Source of the DNA: Bacteroidales bacterium
GTDB lineage: Bacteria; Bacteroidota; Bacteroidia; Bacteroidales; WCHB1-69
Reading direction: 5' to 3'
Length of the DNA stretch: 64,000 bases
Assembly (NCBI GenBank): GCA_017549765.1
Contig: JAFYNM010000012.1
Span: 1,055-65,054 of the forward strand
Positions 1 through 7,429 of this stretch are shown piece by piece (position 1 is the stretch's first letter; the number at the start of each line of letters is the position of its first letter). Position numbers and translations under genes: made by a program. The notes under the pieces were generated by a model. That model ran no database searches and had not been told where the DNA came from. It worked only from the letters and a program-made list of their open reading frames with translations.

Positions 1-11
1 ATGACATTATT

Positions 12-182
12 TCAATACGGAGCGAAATTAGTTTTACGAAGGAAAAAATAGGTTTCCAGGGAGTTGGACCTGTTGTTATTGCGGGCGATCGGTGAGCCTA
101 GGAGCACTTTGCCCTCGAACTGACGGAAGTCAATCTCTTTGCCGTTACCTGCAACGGCCTTAAAATCGTAAATGGTTGCCAT
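12..182 (-). pseudogene. Glutathione peroxidase 5' fragment (first 28 codons only, then unrelated read-through)
   Basis: Minus-strand ATG at 182. MATIYDFKAVAGNGKEIDFRQFEGKVLL matches the conserved Gpx N-terminus (YDF..G..v.l..y.GKVLLIVN.A..CG). Similarity ends near nt 98, before the catalytic Cys motif. The frame continues through unrelated sequence to a stop at 12. Confidence 0.5.
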
Positions 183-348
183 AATATTGTTATTTAGATG
201 TTTGTAATCATAACATGAGAAATGGGGCACGAAAAATATTATCAATATTGGTCAAGTGCCTGCTGCGTTTTTTTGCGGCCGATGGCACCGCCGCTCGACA
301 ACACCAATGCTACGTCTTTTGTCATGATGAATGGTTTTGGTTTTCGCA

Positions 349-469
349 GGCAAAAGTACAAAAAATTCCGCGTTTTTATTTCACACAGATTTCACAGATT
401 ACACAGATTTTTAGGCCTGCGGCCTTGTTTGATTTCACACAGAAATCACGGAAATTTTTGCCTGCGGCT
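349..469. repeat. Intergenic repeat copy A (promoter module + TCACAGA 9-mers + GCCTGCGGC module)
   Basis: 349-389 ggcaaaagtacaaaaaattccgcgtttttatttcacacaga is near-identical to 3693-3732 (1 substitution, 1 indel). It is followed by tandem tttcacaga-like 9-mers and two gcctgcggc motifs. aaatcacggaaat...gcctgcggct is shared with copy B. Confidence 0.7.
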
Positions 470-702
470 AAGGGAGGCAAACGAAATAAGCTTTTCCATT
501 GGTTGTCGCGGTACCATTGCTTGTTGTCGAGGTCGAGGTCGATGGCGCTGGTGTCGAACTTCTCGTAGTCGGGGAAGAACTGCCAGGTGTTGTGGACGTT
601 ATACACCTCGCAATAGCCGAACATCTGCTCCAGGTAGCGTTGGTCGGGACTGAGGACGGTATCATAGTTGAACTGCTTGTACAGCTCCTGCGTGACGTTC
701 AT
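376..702 (-). CDS. Hypothetical protein; last ~35 codons are encoded by repeat copy A
   Basis: 108-aa ORF starting 18 nt downstream of the dtd stop on the same strand. No family recognised. The C-terminal tail (..AAGKNFRDFCVKSNKAAGLKICVICEICVK) is a read-through of the intergenic repeat, so the native end is uncertain. Confidence 0.4.
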   Translation of the reverse strand: MNVTQELYKQFNYDTVLSPDQRYLEQMFGYCEVYNVHNTWQFFPDYEKFDTSAIDLDLDNKQWYRDNQWKSLFRLPPLAAGKNFRDFCVKSNKAAGLKICVICEICVK

Positions 703-719
703 CGTGTAGATGAGTCAAA

Positions 720-1172
720 TTACTCTTTCAACTTGGAATCCATGATGATGGTGACCGGTCCGTCGTTGACCAGCTGCACTTGCATATTGGCTCCAAAAAC
801 ACCTTTTTGGACAGCCTTCCCACATTCTTCCGCCAAAAGGTCGCAATATTTTTCATAAAGGGGCACGGCCAGTTCGTGACCGGCTGCGCGATAATAGGAG
901 GGACGGTTGCCCTTGCGGGTGGATGCTGTGAGGGTGAATTGCGACACGGCGAGCAGCTCACCGGCCACATCCTTTACACTTATGTTCATCACGCCCGCCG
1001 CATCATCGAAAATGCGAAGGTTGGCTGTCTTGGAGGCGAGCCAGGCAGCGTCCGAATCGCTGTCGCCCTGTTCCACGCCAACAAGGATGAGCAGTCCCGG
1101 CCCGATGGAAGCCACAGTGTTGCCCTCAATGGACACGGAAGCGGAGGTTACACGTTGAATGACAATTCGCAT
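720..1172 (-). CDS. dtd: D-aminoacyl-tRNA deacylase
   Basis: [53 protein letters not shown] is the typical Dtd sequence. Start chosen at the [11 protein letters not shown] (1172). Confidence 0.9.
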   Translation of the reverse strand: MRIVIQRVTSASVSIEGNTVASIGPGLLILVGVEQGDSDSDAAWLASKTANLRIFDDAAGVMNISVKDVAGELLAVSQFTLTASTRKGNRPSYYRAAGHELAVPLYEKYCDLLAEECGKAVQKGVFGANMQVQLVNDGPVTIIMDSKLKE

Positions 1173-1176
1173 ATTA

Positions 1177-1436
1177 TTAAAGGGTTTGTCCACTTAATTC
1201 ATCAACAGACTCTCGCCCCACTTGTACTGCGGGTAGGCCTTTTTCAGGTCGTTGGCCGAGAAATAAACGATCAATGTCTTTTTCATTTCGGGGTTCTCCT
1301 TTCCTGAATTTGGATTGTTTTGATTGTTCTTCTGTGCGCAGGCCGCTCTTTCCCTTTTCAGCGGCAATGGCCTTCACCAAGAAAGCGATGTTTCGGCCAA
1401 GGATGCGCATGCTTTGCACACCCTCTTCATCCTGCA
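1177..1436 (-). CDS. Hypothetical small protein (uncertain; possibly a decayed gene remnant)
   Basis: 86-codon ORF with its ATG about 28 nt downstream of a TACTTTTG -7 box (1464-1471, minus strand). The sequence is charged and low in complexity, with no family match. A 30-codon ORF in another frame (1194-1286, [11 protein letters not shown]..) overlaps it. Confidence 0.2.
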
Positions 1437-1463
1437 TCTTGATTGATTTCAAATTTCCAGCCG

Positions 1464-1471
1464 CAAAAGTA
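1464..1471 (-). promoter_or_regulatory. Bacteroidota -7 promoter box (TACTTTTG)
   Basis: Matches the TAnnTTTG consensus on the minus strand, upstream of the ATG at 1436. Confidence 0.4.
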
Positions 1472-1522
1472 GCGTTTTTTTTCGAATGTGTCACAAAACA
1501 CATTGAATGTGTCACAGAATCC

Positions 1523-1568
1523 GAAAAAAAATTCCGCAACACAGAAACATCTCTCGGAGTTGCGGAAT
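1523..1568 (-). terminator. Intrinsic terminator downstream of lipoprotein gene 1630-2121
   Basis: 10-bp stem attccgcaac (1531-1540) / gttgcggaat (1559-1568), followed on the minus strand by a T8 run (A-run 1524-1531 on +). Confidence 0.6.
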
Positions 1569-1629
1569 GTATTTGCAGACGAAACTCACCAGTTACCGGT
1601 TACTCGTCGATACGACATAAAAACCAAGG

Positions 1630-2121
1630 CTAAGGAATCGTTTGACTCTCTGCTGTCCTGTAATCTTCCTCAGTAAGGGTATATACACCTATTTCCAAAG
1701 GACAATGTTTGTTCTTTTGGGTCCTTGTAATGTCCCAACTGGTGATGTCGAGTACATTGTTGTTTTCCGGACTGAACGGCTTGACTATCACATGATAATA
1801 CTCATCCTCATAGAGTGTGCCTGTGCAAGTCAGGTTCATTCTGTTATCGAATCTGAAAACCACGGTGTCCAGGAATATGATTTGAGGATCCACCGGAGCA
1901 TATCCCATTGCCTCGTATGAATATATTTTCTTGCTCTCCCCATTGGCCAATGTGATTGTTTCAGGATTTCGCCCATTCGCATCGTAAACCTCGAATTCAA
2001 CCAGATGTCCGCTTTCGTTTTTGATATACATATCACAAAACCCGTTGTGATCAACAACAACACACGAGTTCATTATTAAGAGGGCGCACACTATCGCGCC
2101 AAATAAAAACAGTTTCCTCAT
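1630..2121 (-). CDS. Lipoprotein, function unknown
   Basis: Signal peptide with lipobox (MRKLFLFGAIVCALLIMNSC). Clean 163-aa ORF. Visibly AT-rich compared with neighbouring genes. Confidence 0.7.
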   Translation of the reverse strand: MRKLFLFGAIVCALLIMNSCVVVDHNGFCDMYIKNESGHLVEFEVYDANGRNPETITLANGESKKIYSYEAMGYAPVDPQIIFLDTVVFRFDNRMNLTCTGTLYEDEYYHVIVKPFSPENNNVLDITSWDITRTQKNKHCPLEIGVYTLTEEDYRTAESQTIP

Positions 2122-2147
2122 ATTACTATCGTTTTTTTGTCATTATA

Positions 2148-2648
2148 TTATACGGTCTTATTCGTTCTTATGAAATGTCCTTCCTGAATGGCGGAGAAGG
2201 TGGCGAGAAAGCAAACTACGGCCGCACTGTATTTCAAATCAAGGAAGGATATGGTCAGTGGAAAAACAAATAGAAGCAGTCCGGTGAATTTGTTCATCAA
2301 GCTGTGAACTGACACGAATCGCTTTTGAACGATAAATCCGGAAATGATATTGATGATTTTGATCAAAGCGATGATACCAATCCAAACCCAGAGCCATGTT
2401 GTGATGTCCAAGACAGGAAGCAGCTTCACCAGACAAACGACGACAAAAACAATGTCCGCAATCGTGTCCAGTTTTGCGCCCAACTCGCTTGCCGTATGAG
2501 TCCGTCTCGCGACCCAGCCGTCCACCATGTCGGAAACGCCGGCAGTGATGTACAAAATGTAGAAAGCCGGCGAAAAAGCTGGAAAAAACAGCAAGGCGAT
2601 GCTGCAGAGAATTCGGATGGCTGTTATGCAGTTTGCGAGTGATTTCAT
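2148..2648 (-). CDS. CDP-alcohol phosphatidyltransferase family protein (small, 166 aa)
   Basis: Signature DMVDGWVARRTHTASELGAKLDTIAD (D-G-x2-A-R-x8-G-x3-D-x3-D) within a polytopic membrane protein. Confidence 0.8.
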   Translation of the reverse strand: MKSLANCITAIRILCSIALLFFPAFSPAFYILYITAGVSDMVDGWVARRTHTASELGAKLDTIADIVFVVVCLVKLLPVLDITTWLWVWIGIIALIKIINIISGFIVQKRFVSVHSLMNKFTGLLLFVFPLTISFLDLKYSAAVVCFLATFSAIQEGHFIRTNKTV

Positions 2649-2700
2649 AGCCGCAAAAATACAAAAAATGATATTGCGTTTGCAAATGAAACACGCCGGT

Positions 2701-2740
2701 TCTGTGGCCTGCGGCCTGGATTTTGTGTCACACAGATTTT
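2701..2740. repeat. Intergenic repeat copy C (short, rearranged)
   Basis: tctgtggcctgcggcctggattttgtgtcacacagatttt contains the gcctgcggc and tcacacaga motifs of copies A and B. tctgtg and cacaga form an inverted pair. Confidence 0.5.
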
Positions 2741-2754
2741 ACAACCAGAATGTG

Positions 2755-3309
2755 CTATTTCACTCGAGAATAGTATTCCACACAGCGTTCGGTAATGGTG
2801 CCGTCATCCTCTTCGATTGGGTTGTAGGTAAATGTCCATACCGGATCGTCCCAGTTGCGGCCATAATCTTCGGCGATGCATACCTCTACCATTCCGTTTG
2901 ACTTCAAGCCGCTCAACATAAAGTGGTCGTTATAATATTTTACATAACCGCCCGATTGGAAATTGTTGTCCTCGTCGGTGCAGATGTATTTGCAAAAGTT
3001 ATCAGGAAATTCGTCTGCCAAGAAAGTGGTATCGCCCGATAACATATTGATGCAGTACAGGTCTTTGGGGAATTTGTATTGCCAAGGATAGAAAGTGTAA
3101 GACCAAGTGTAAATTCCATCGGATTGATGCAGAACGTAGGATTCCTCGTCGGGAGTTTGGTAATTGTGGATGACCAATATGGAGTCAAGGTGCCAGGTCA
3201 TCTCTTCTGGAATCATGTTTTTTTCTTTTTTTGTGGGGCCGTCTTCCTCCTTGTTGCAAGAAACGAAAAGGACGGCAATGGATAAGAGGATAAAAAGTGT
3301 TTTTTTCAT
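2755..3309 (-). CDS. Lipoprotein, function unknown
   Basis: MKKTLFILLSIAVLFVSC lipobox signal peptide; 184-aa ORF; AT-rich. Confidence 0.7.
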   Translation of the reverse strand: MKKTLFILLSIAVLFVSCNKEEDGPTKKEKNMIPEEMTWHLDSILVIHNYQTPDEESYVLHQSDGIYTWSYTFYPWQYKFPKDLYCINMLSGDTTFLADEFPDNFCKYICTDEDNNFQSGGYVKYYNDHFMLSGLKSNGMVEVCIAEDYGRNWDDPVWTFTYNPIEEDDGTITERCVEYYSRVK

Positions 3310-3397
3310 TTATTTAAGGTTTTGATAGTTTGATTTGCCGAAACGAAAAAACATGAAAAATATTATCTGAGCTGTAACCTTGTTGTATTCATAACGA

Positions 3398-3676
3398 TTA
3401 TGGTATAAGATAGTTGTTTTCCGCATTTGCGACTTCAAGACAACGGAGCTCGTAGGTTTTGTTGCCTGAAGCAATGAAAGGATCACTTTCTGCAACCGAA
3501 ACGGCCTCTTCTCTAGAATTTGCATTAAAAACGACCATTCCTCCTGGAAAATCAGCGAAAGGACCACATAGCACTAACTTTCCCTCATCATCCAACTTCT
3601 TTAGATAGTCCACGTGTTTCTGGATAATGTCGAAGGTAAGCTCTTTATGATTGTTCATCAAATACACGTAAGTCAT
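3398..3676 (-). CDS. YciI-like protein
   Basis: 92 aa. H..YL..L...G.L...GP........G..V....S.EEA......DPF pattern typical of the YCII domain. Confidence 0.7.
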   Translation of the reverse strand: MTYVYLMNNHKELTFDIIQKHVDYLKKLDDEGKLVLCGPFADFPGGMVVFNANSREEAVSVAESDPFIASGNKTYELRCLEVANAENNYLIP

Positions 3677-3692
3677 AGGTTAATTATTATGC

Positions 3693-3841
3693 GGCAAAGG
3701 TACAAAAATTCCGCGTTTTTATTTCACACAGAACCGATGGAGCAGCGAGAGCAGAGGACAAATTTATTTGGACTATGCCGAGTCGCGACAGAGGAAGACG
3801 AAGTCAAATCACGGAAATCACAGAAAATTTAGCCTGCGGCT
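3693..3841. repeat. Intergenic repeat copy B (with ~73-nt internal insertion)
   Basis: 3693-3732 is near-identical to 349-389. The 3' module aaatcacggaaatcacagaaaatttagcctgcggct matches the copy A 3' module. The embedded TACCTTTG box (3695-3702, minus strand) lies about 20 nt upstream of the yciI-like ATG. Confidence 0.7.
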
Positions 3842-3878
3842 GTTAATACAACAAAAATTCTGACGAATAATCAAATGC

Positions 3879-4487
3879 TCAATTCATATCCGCTGCTGCA
3901 CGGATGGCTCCCAGACAATGGATTCTGACCACGCGGTTGTTGTCGGTTTGGGAGATTTTATGCAACAGTTCCAAATAAGGCTTGACGAATTGCGGGCGGC
4001 GTTTTCCGAGAACGCGGAATATCTCCGGTGCCTCCATCCGGACTTTGTCGTTGTTGTCGTGCAGCAATTCGGCAAATAGCGGCAGATAATCCCGAAAGGG
4101 GTCGGGCGTGACGGTCGCGATGTTCTCCGAGGCCCAGATGAAGCCCAGTCTGACACCGGCCTCACTGTCTTTTACCATTCGGAATAGTTCTGTGAAATAA
4201 GGCTCCACCAGGCGATAATCGCCCCTTCCCATTCGTCCAAGGGCGATAACAGCGCGTTCGCGCAATAGCGGTTCTGTGCTGTCGCAATAAGCAGCAATCG
4301 ACGGAACAGCGTCCTTGACTGCTTGCGGATACAGGAGGCCCATTTCGCCCAGCAGCCACAGTGCTTTTGCCTTAATCTTCACCGAGTCCGACGCAAGAAG
4401 CGAGGCAACGTATGGGATATTCTCCTTCCATGCGCCCTTGTTCTTGGTCAGCGTTCCCAGTTCTTTGTATAATTCAGCTTCAGTCAT
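3879..4487 (-). CDS. HEAT-repeat protein
   Basis: Repeated ~30-aa helical units (..D..VR..A..ALG..G..). Lies 20 nt downstream of the ZIP transporter gene on the same strand. Confidence 0.65.
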   Translation of the reverse strand: MTEAELYKELGTLTKNKGAWKENIPYVASLLASDSVKIKAKALWLLGEMGLLYPQAVKDAVPSIAAYCDSTEPLLRERAVIALGRMGRGDYRLVEPYFTELFRMVKDSEAGVRLGFIWASENIATVTPDPFRDYLPLFAELLHDNNDKVRMEAPEIFRVLGKRRPQFVKPYLELLHKISQTDNNRVVRIHCLGAIRAAADMN

Positions 4488-4507
4488 GTTGAATTGCTTT
4501 GGGCATA

Positions 4508-5284
4508 CTATCCTAATACCACATCCATCACCATCATCAGCACGAAGCCCACGGCGAAGCCGATGGTGGAGAGGTTAGTGTGAGTTCCTTCGGCGGTTTC
4601 GGGGATGAGCTCTTCCACCACCACGTACATCATGGCACCGGCAGCGAAAGCCAGCAGGTAGGGTAGGGCGACACCCAACACAGAAGCCAACAGCAGGATA
4701 GCAACGGAACCTATGGGCTCCACGACACCGCTCAGTGAGCCGATGAGGAACGACCGCCATCGGGAGTTGCCCTCTGTGTGCATAGGCATCGAGATGATGG
4801 CACCTTCGGGAATGTTCTGGATGGCGATGCCGATGCTCACCGCTAATGCCGCGCTGAGCGTCAGTCCCTGCGTTTCGCCCGCGAACACCACACCCACGGC
4901 CATACCCTCGGGCAGGTTGTGGATGGTGACGGCGAGTGCCAACATAGCGGTGCGCGAGAGCTTCGACCGCGGCCCTTCGGCCTTCTGCGCTCCGAGGTGC
5001 AAGTGCGGTGTCAGCTCGTCAATCAACAGCAGGAAGCCCATGCCCAACAGGAAACCCACGGCAGCAGGCAGCACGCTTCTGAAACCCTCAAACGAGGTGC
5101 TCGCCATATCGATGCTCGGGATCAGCAGCGACCACACACCCGCCGCCACCATCACACCGCTGGCGAATCCCAACAAGGTTTTCTGCAGCCGGTCGGGAAT
5201 CTCCTTCTTCATGAAAAAGACAAACGCCGACCCCAGCATGGTGCCCAACAAAGGCAGTAATATTCCGATAATTACAGGATTCAT
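4508..5284 (-). CDS. zupT: ZIP family zinc/metal transporter (ZupT-like)
   Basis: 258 aa, polytopic. Motifs TIHNLPEGMAVGV, AIQNIPEGAIISMP and VVEELIPE correspond to ZupT/ZIP metal-binding helices. Confidence 0.8.
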   Translation of the reverse strand: MNPVIIGILLPLLGTMLGSAFVFFMKKEIPDRLQKTLLGFASGVMVAAGVWSLLIPSIDMASTSFEGFRSVLPAAVGFLLGMGFLLLIDELTPHLHLGAQKAEGPRSKLSRTAMLALAVTIHNLPEGMAVGVVFAGETQGLTLSAALAVSIGIAIQNIPEGAIISMPMHTEGNSRWRSFLIGSLSGVVEPIGSVAILLLASVLGVALPYLLAFAAGAMMYVVVEELIPETAEGTHTNLSTIGFAVGFVLMMVMDVVLG

Positions 5285-5337
5285 AATAATTTATCTTTTA
5301 GGCTTCTATATAACTACTGTTATTTGTCCGTTTGTAG

Positions 5338-5393
5338 TAGGAGCATCGCCATCCTTGGCGATGTTTTCCGCAGCAAGGATGCTGCGGCTCCTA
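5338..5393 (-). promoter_or_regulatory. Structured element (three-way junction) at the 5' end of the zupT-HEAT leader
   Basis: Outer stem taggagc (5338-5344) / gctccta (5387-5393) encloses two 8-bp hairpins, catcgcca-tcct-tggcgatg and ccgcagca-agga-tgctgcgg. It lies between the -7 box (5402-5409) and the ATG (5284). Confidence 0.4.
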
Positions 5394-5401
5394 GACCGCT
5401 G

Positions 5402-5409
5402 CAAAAATA
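5402..5409 (-). promoter_or_regulatory. Bacteroidota -7 promoter box (TATTTTTG) for zupT
   Basis: TAnnTTTG on the minus strand, about 118 nt upstream of the zupT ATG. Confidence 0.5.
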
Positions 5410-5509
5410 CAAAAAGCTTCGCAACTCAAGCCTTCGCTCGAGTTGTGCCAGACAGCCCTGAAATGGCGAGTTATTTCCCCAATAGTGCATAACGAACCAA
5501 ATATTTTAG

Positions 5510-5517
5510 TACTTTTG
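5510..5517 (+). promoter_or_regulatory. Bacteroidota -7 promoter box (TACTTTTG) for the riboswitch-led operon
   Basis: TAnnTTTG on the + strand, immediately upstream of the riboswitch. Confidence 0.55.
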
Positions 5518-5520
5518 CCG

Positions 5521-5675
5521 CTGGATTCAGGTTCCAAAAGATTAATAGGGAATCCTGTGAAAATCAGGAGCTATGCCCGTAGCTGTAAGTTCAGCAAACG
5601 ACCTGCAACAACATAGTCACTGACGTTTCGTCGGGAAGACGTTGCCGGTTTGAACAAGCCAGAAGACCTGCCTGT
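5521..5675 (+). promoter_or_regulatory. Cobalamin (B12) riboswitch
   Basis: Conserved core elements are present in order: GGGAA (5548-5552), GTGAAAAT (5557-5564), GCCCGTAGCTGTAAG (5575-5589), AGTCACTGACG..GGGAAGACG (5616-5641) and the B12 box AGCCAGAAGACCTGCC (5657-5672). Confidence 0.85.
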
Positions 5676-5718
5676 CTCCAATATTCGCAGCTTTCGGGAA
5701 CAAAAGCTTGGGAATGGC

Positions 5719-5746
5719 ATCGGCATCATTCGTGTGCCGGTTTTTC
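5719..5746 (+). terminator. Candidate expression-platform terminator of the riboswitch
   Basis: Stem cggca (5721-5725) / tgccg (5735-5739), extendable by 2 pairs, followed by T5 (5741-5745). Lies 50 nt upstream of the ATG at 5797. Confidence 0.4.
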
Positions 5747-5796
5747 CTGTTTGTTTCTTGCTGCTGTTTTTATTGTGCAATATTAATGTTATTCGT

Positions 5797-7116
5797 ATGA
5801 AGAAACAGTATCAAGCCGTTACGGCGGAAGAAGCCGTTAAAGTCATCAAGTCGGGCGACCATGTCCACATCAGTTCGGTCTCCAATGTGCCGCAATGTTT
5901 AGTGAAAGCCCTGTGCGAGCGGGGGCGTGCCGGAGAACTGAAAAACGTTTACATCCACCATCTTCACACCGAAGGCGCCGCCCCTTACGTGAATCCGGAA
6001 TTTGAAGGCATTTTCCAGCATAACGCCTTCTTCGTCGGGGCCAATGTCAGGGAGAGCGTGCAGAAAGGACTGGCGGACTACATTCCCGTTTTCCTTGGCG
6101 AAACCACCAGGCTCTATCGCGAGCATTACATCAAGTGCAATGTTGCCATGATACAGGTCTGCCCGCCCGACAAGTTCGGGTACGTTTCGTTAGGGCCGTC
6201 GGTGGATGCCACGTTGGCGGCCATGGAGAATGCCGAGTTCACCATCGCGGTGGTCAACAAGAACGTGCCGCGTTCCTTCGGTGATTCGCAAATCCACATC
6301 AGCAAGATTGACTACATCGTGGAGGATGACACCCCGCTGATTTTGGCAGAGTTCGCCAATCCCACCGAGGCGGAGAAAACCATTGGCCGTTACTGTGCCG
6401 AATTGATCGAAGACGGTGCCTGCCTGCAAATGGGTATCGGCTCCATTCCCAATGCCATCCTTTCGTGTCTGAAAAACCACAAGAACATCGGCATCCACAC
6501 TGAAATGTTCTCCGACGGCATCCTTCCGTTGGTCAAGAAAGGGGTCATCAACGGTGCCAACAAACGATTGGACAGAGGCAAAATCGTCTCCACCTTCGTG
6601 ATGGGTTCGCAGAAAATCTACAATTTCATCGACAACAACCCGCAAGTGCTGATGAAGGATGTGGAATATACCAACGACCCCTTCATCATTGCTCAGCAGC
6701 CCAAGATGACATCCGTCAATTCCGCCATCCAGATTGACCTTTCGGGACAGGTTTGCGCAGACTCTTTGGGCGACAAAATCTATTCAGGTGTAGGCGGTCA
6801 AATCGACTTTGTGTATGGATCCTCCCGCGCCAAAGGGGGCAAGGCCATCATTGCGATGCCTTCCACAACCAAAAGAGGCATCAACAAGATTGTGCCCGCG
6901 CTGGATTTGGGATCGGGTGCTGTTACAACGCGCAACCATATCCATTGGTTTATCACCGAATACGGAGCGGTCAACCTTTACGGCAAATCCCTTCAGGAGC
7001 GTGCAAAACTGATTATTTCGGTAGCGCATCCGCAATTTCAGGAGGAGCTGGAGGAGGCCGCTTTCAAGCGTTTCGGGCCGCATTATCATTACATTTGCAA
7101 AAACAGTATCATTTAA
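5797..7116 (+). CDS. Acetyl-CoA hydrolase/transferase family CoA-transferase (4-hydroxybutyrate/succinate CoA-transferase-like)
   Basis: 439 aa. Motifs LQMGIGSIPNAIL, IGIHTEMFSDGILPLVKKGVINGANK and GGQIDF are characteristic of this family. Start taken at MKKQYQAV (ATG 5797); the longer TTG-initiated ORF from 5650 overlaps the riboswitch. Confidence 0.85.
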   Translation: MKKQYQAVTAEEAVKVIKSGDHVHISSVSNVPQCLVKALCERGRAGELKNVYIHHLHTEGAAPYVNPEFEGIFQHNAFFVGANVRESVQKGLADYIPVFLGETTRLYREHYIKCNVAMIQVCPPDKFGYVSLGPSVDATLAAMENAEFTIAVVNKNVPRSFGDSQIHISKIDYIVEDDTPLILAEFANPTEAEKTIGRYCAELIEDGACLQMGIGSIPNAILSCLKNHKNIGIHTEMFSDGILPLVKKGVINGANKRLDRGKIVSTFVMGSQKIYNFIDNNPQVLMKDVEYTNDPFIIAQQPKMTSVNSAIQIDLSGQVCADSLGDKIYSGVGGQIDFVYGSSRAKGGKAIIAMPSTTKRGINKIVPALDLGSGAVTTRNHIHWFITEYGAVNLYGKSLQERAKLIISVAHPQFQEELEEAAFKRFGPHYHYICKNSII

Positions 7117-7126
7117 TTTTAGAATT

Positions 7127-7423
7127 ATGGCAGATTTCAGTATTTGGGAAGTTCTCTTCCTCTGTTGTTTCGCGGTCAGCTGGCCGGTCTCCATTGCCAA
7201 GTCACTCCGCACCAAGGTCGTGATAGGCAAAAGTCCGCTTTTCATGTCGCTGATTATCTTGGGATATATCTTTGGGATTATTCATAAATTGTTGTATAGC
7301 AAAGATATAGTAATTTGGTTATATGTGTTTAATGCCTTGTTGGTAAGTATCGATCTGTTTTTGTATTTCCTGTACATCGGTCGGAACCGCGAACAGTTGA
7401 AACAGCGTGAAAATCAAAAATAA
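7127..7423 (+). CDS. Small 3-TM membrane protein, PQ-loop/SemiSWEET-like topology
   Basis: 98 aa with three predicted TM helices. TM1 ends in SWPVSIAKSLRTKVVIGKS, resembling the PQ-loop motif (PQi.k..rtKs..g.S). Starts 10 nt after the CoA-transferase stop. Confidence 0.55.
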   Translation: MADFSIWEVLFLCCFAVSWPVSIAKSLRTKVVIGKSPLFMSLIILGYIFGIIHKLLYSKDIVIWLYVFNALLVSIDLFLYFLYIGRNREQLKQRENQK

Positions 7424-7429
7424 ACGGCT

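Noticed and set aside
88-112. AvrII (cctagg) and PvuI (cgatcg) sites exactly at the point where gpx similarity ends, considered as a cloning or engineering scar.
   Set aside because: Two 6-bp palindromes within 25 nt can occur by chance. No vector-like sequence, selection marker or other synthetic hallmark is visible in the window.
1194-1286. 30-codon minus-strand [33 protein letters not shown], whose first 10 residues look like a flavodoxin N-terminus.
   Set aside because: It is too short to assign, overlaps another equally unconvincing ORF (1177-1436), and has no supporting context. It may be a gene remnant. It is mentioned only as context for the decayed region upstream of dtd.
5650-5796. 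N-terminal extension of the CoA-transferase ORF (TTG start at 5650 in the ORF track).
   Set aside because: The extension overlaps the B12 box and the terminator hairpin of the riboswitch. The family-typical N-terminus begins at MKKQYQAV (ATG 5797).
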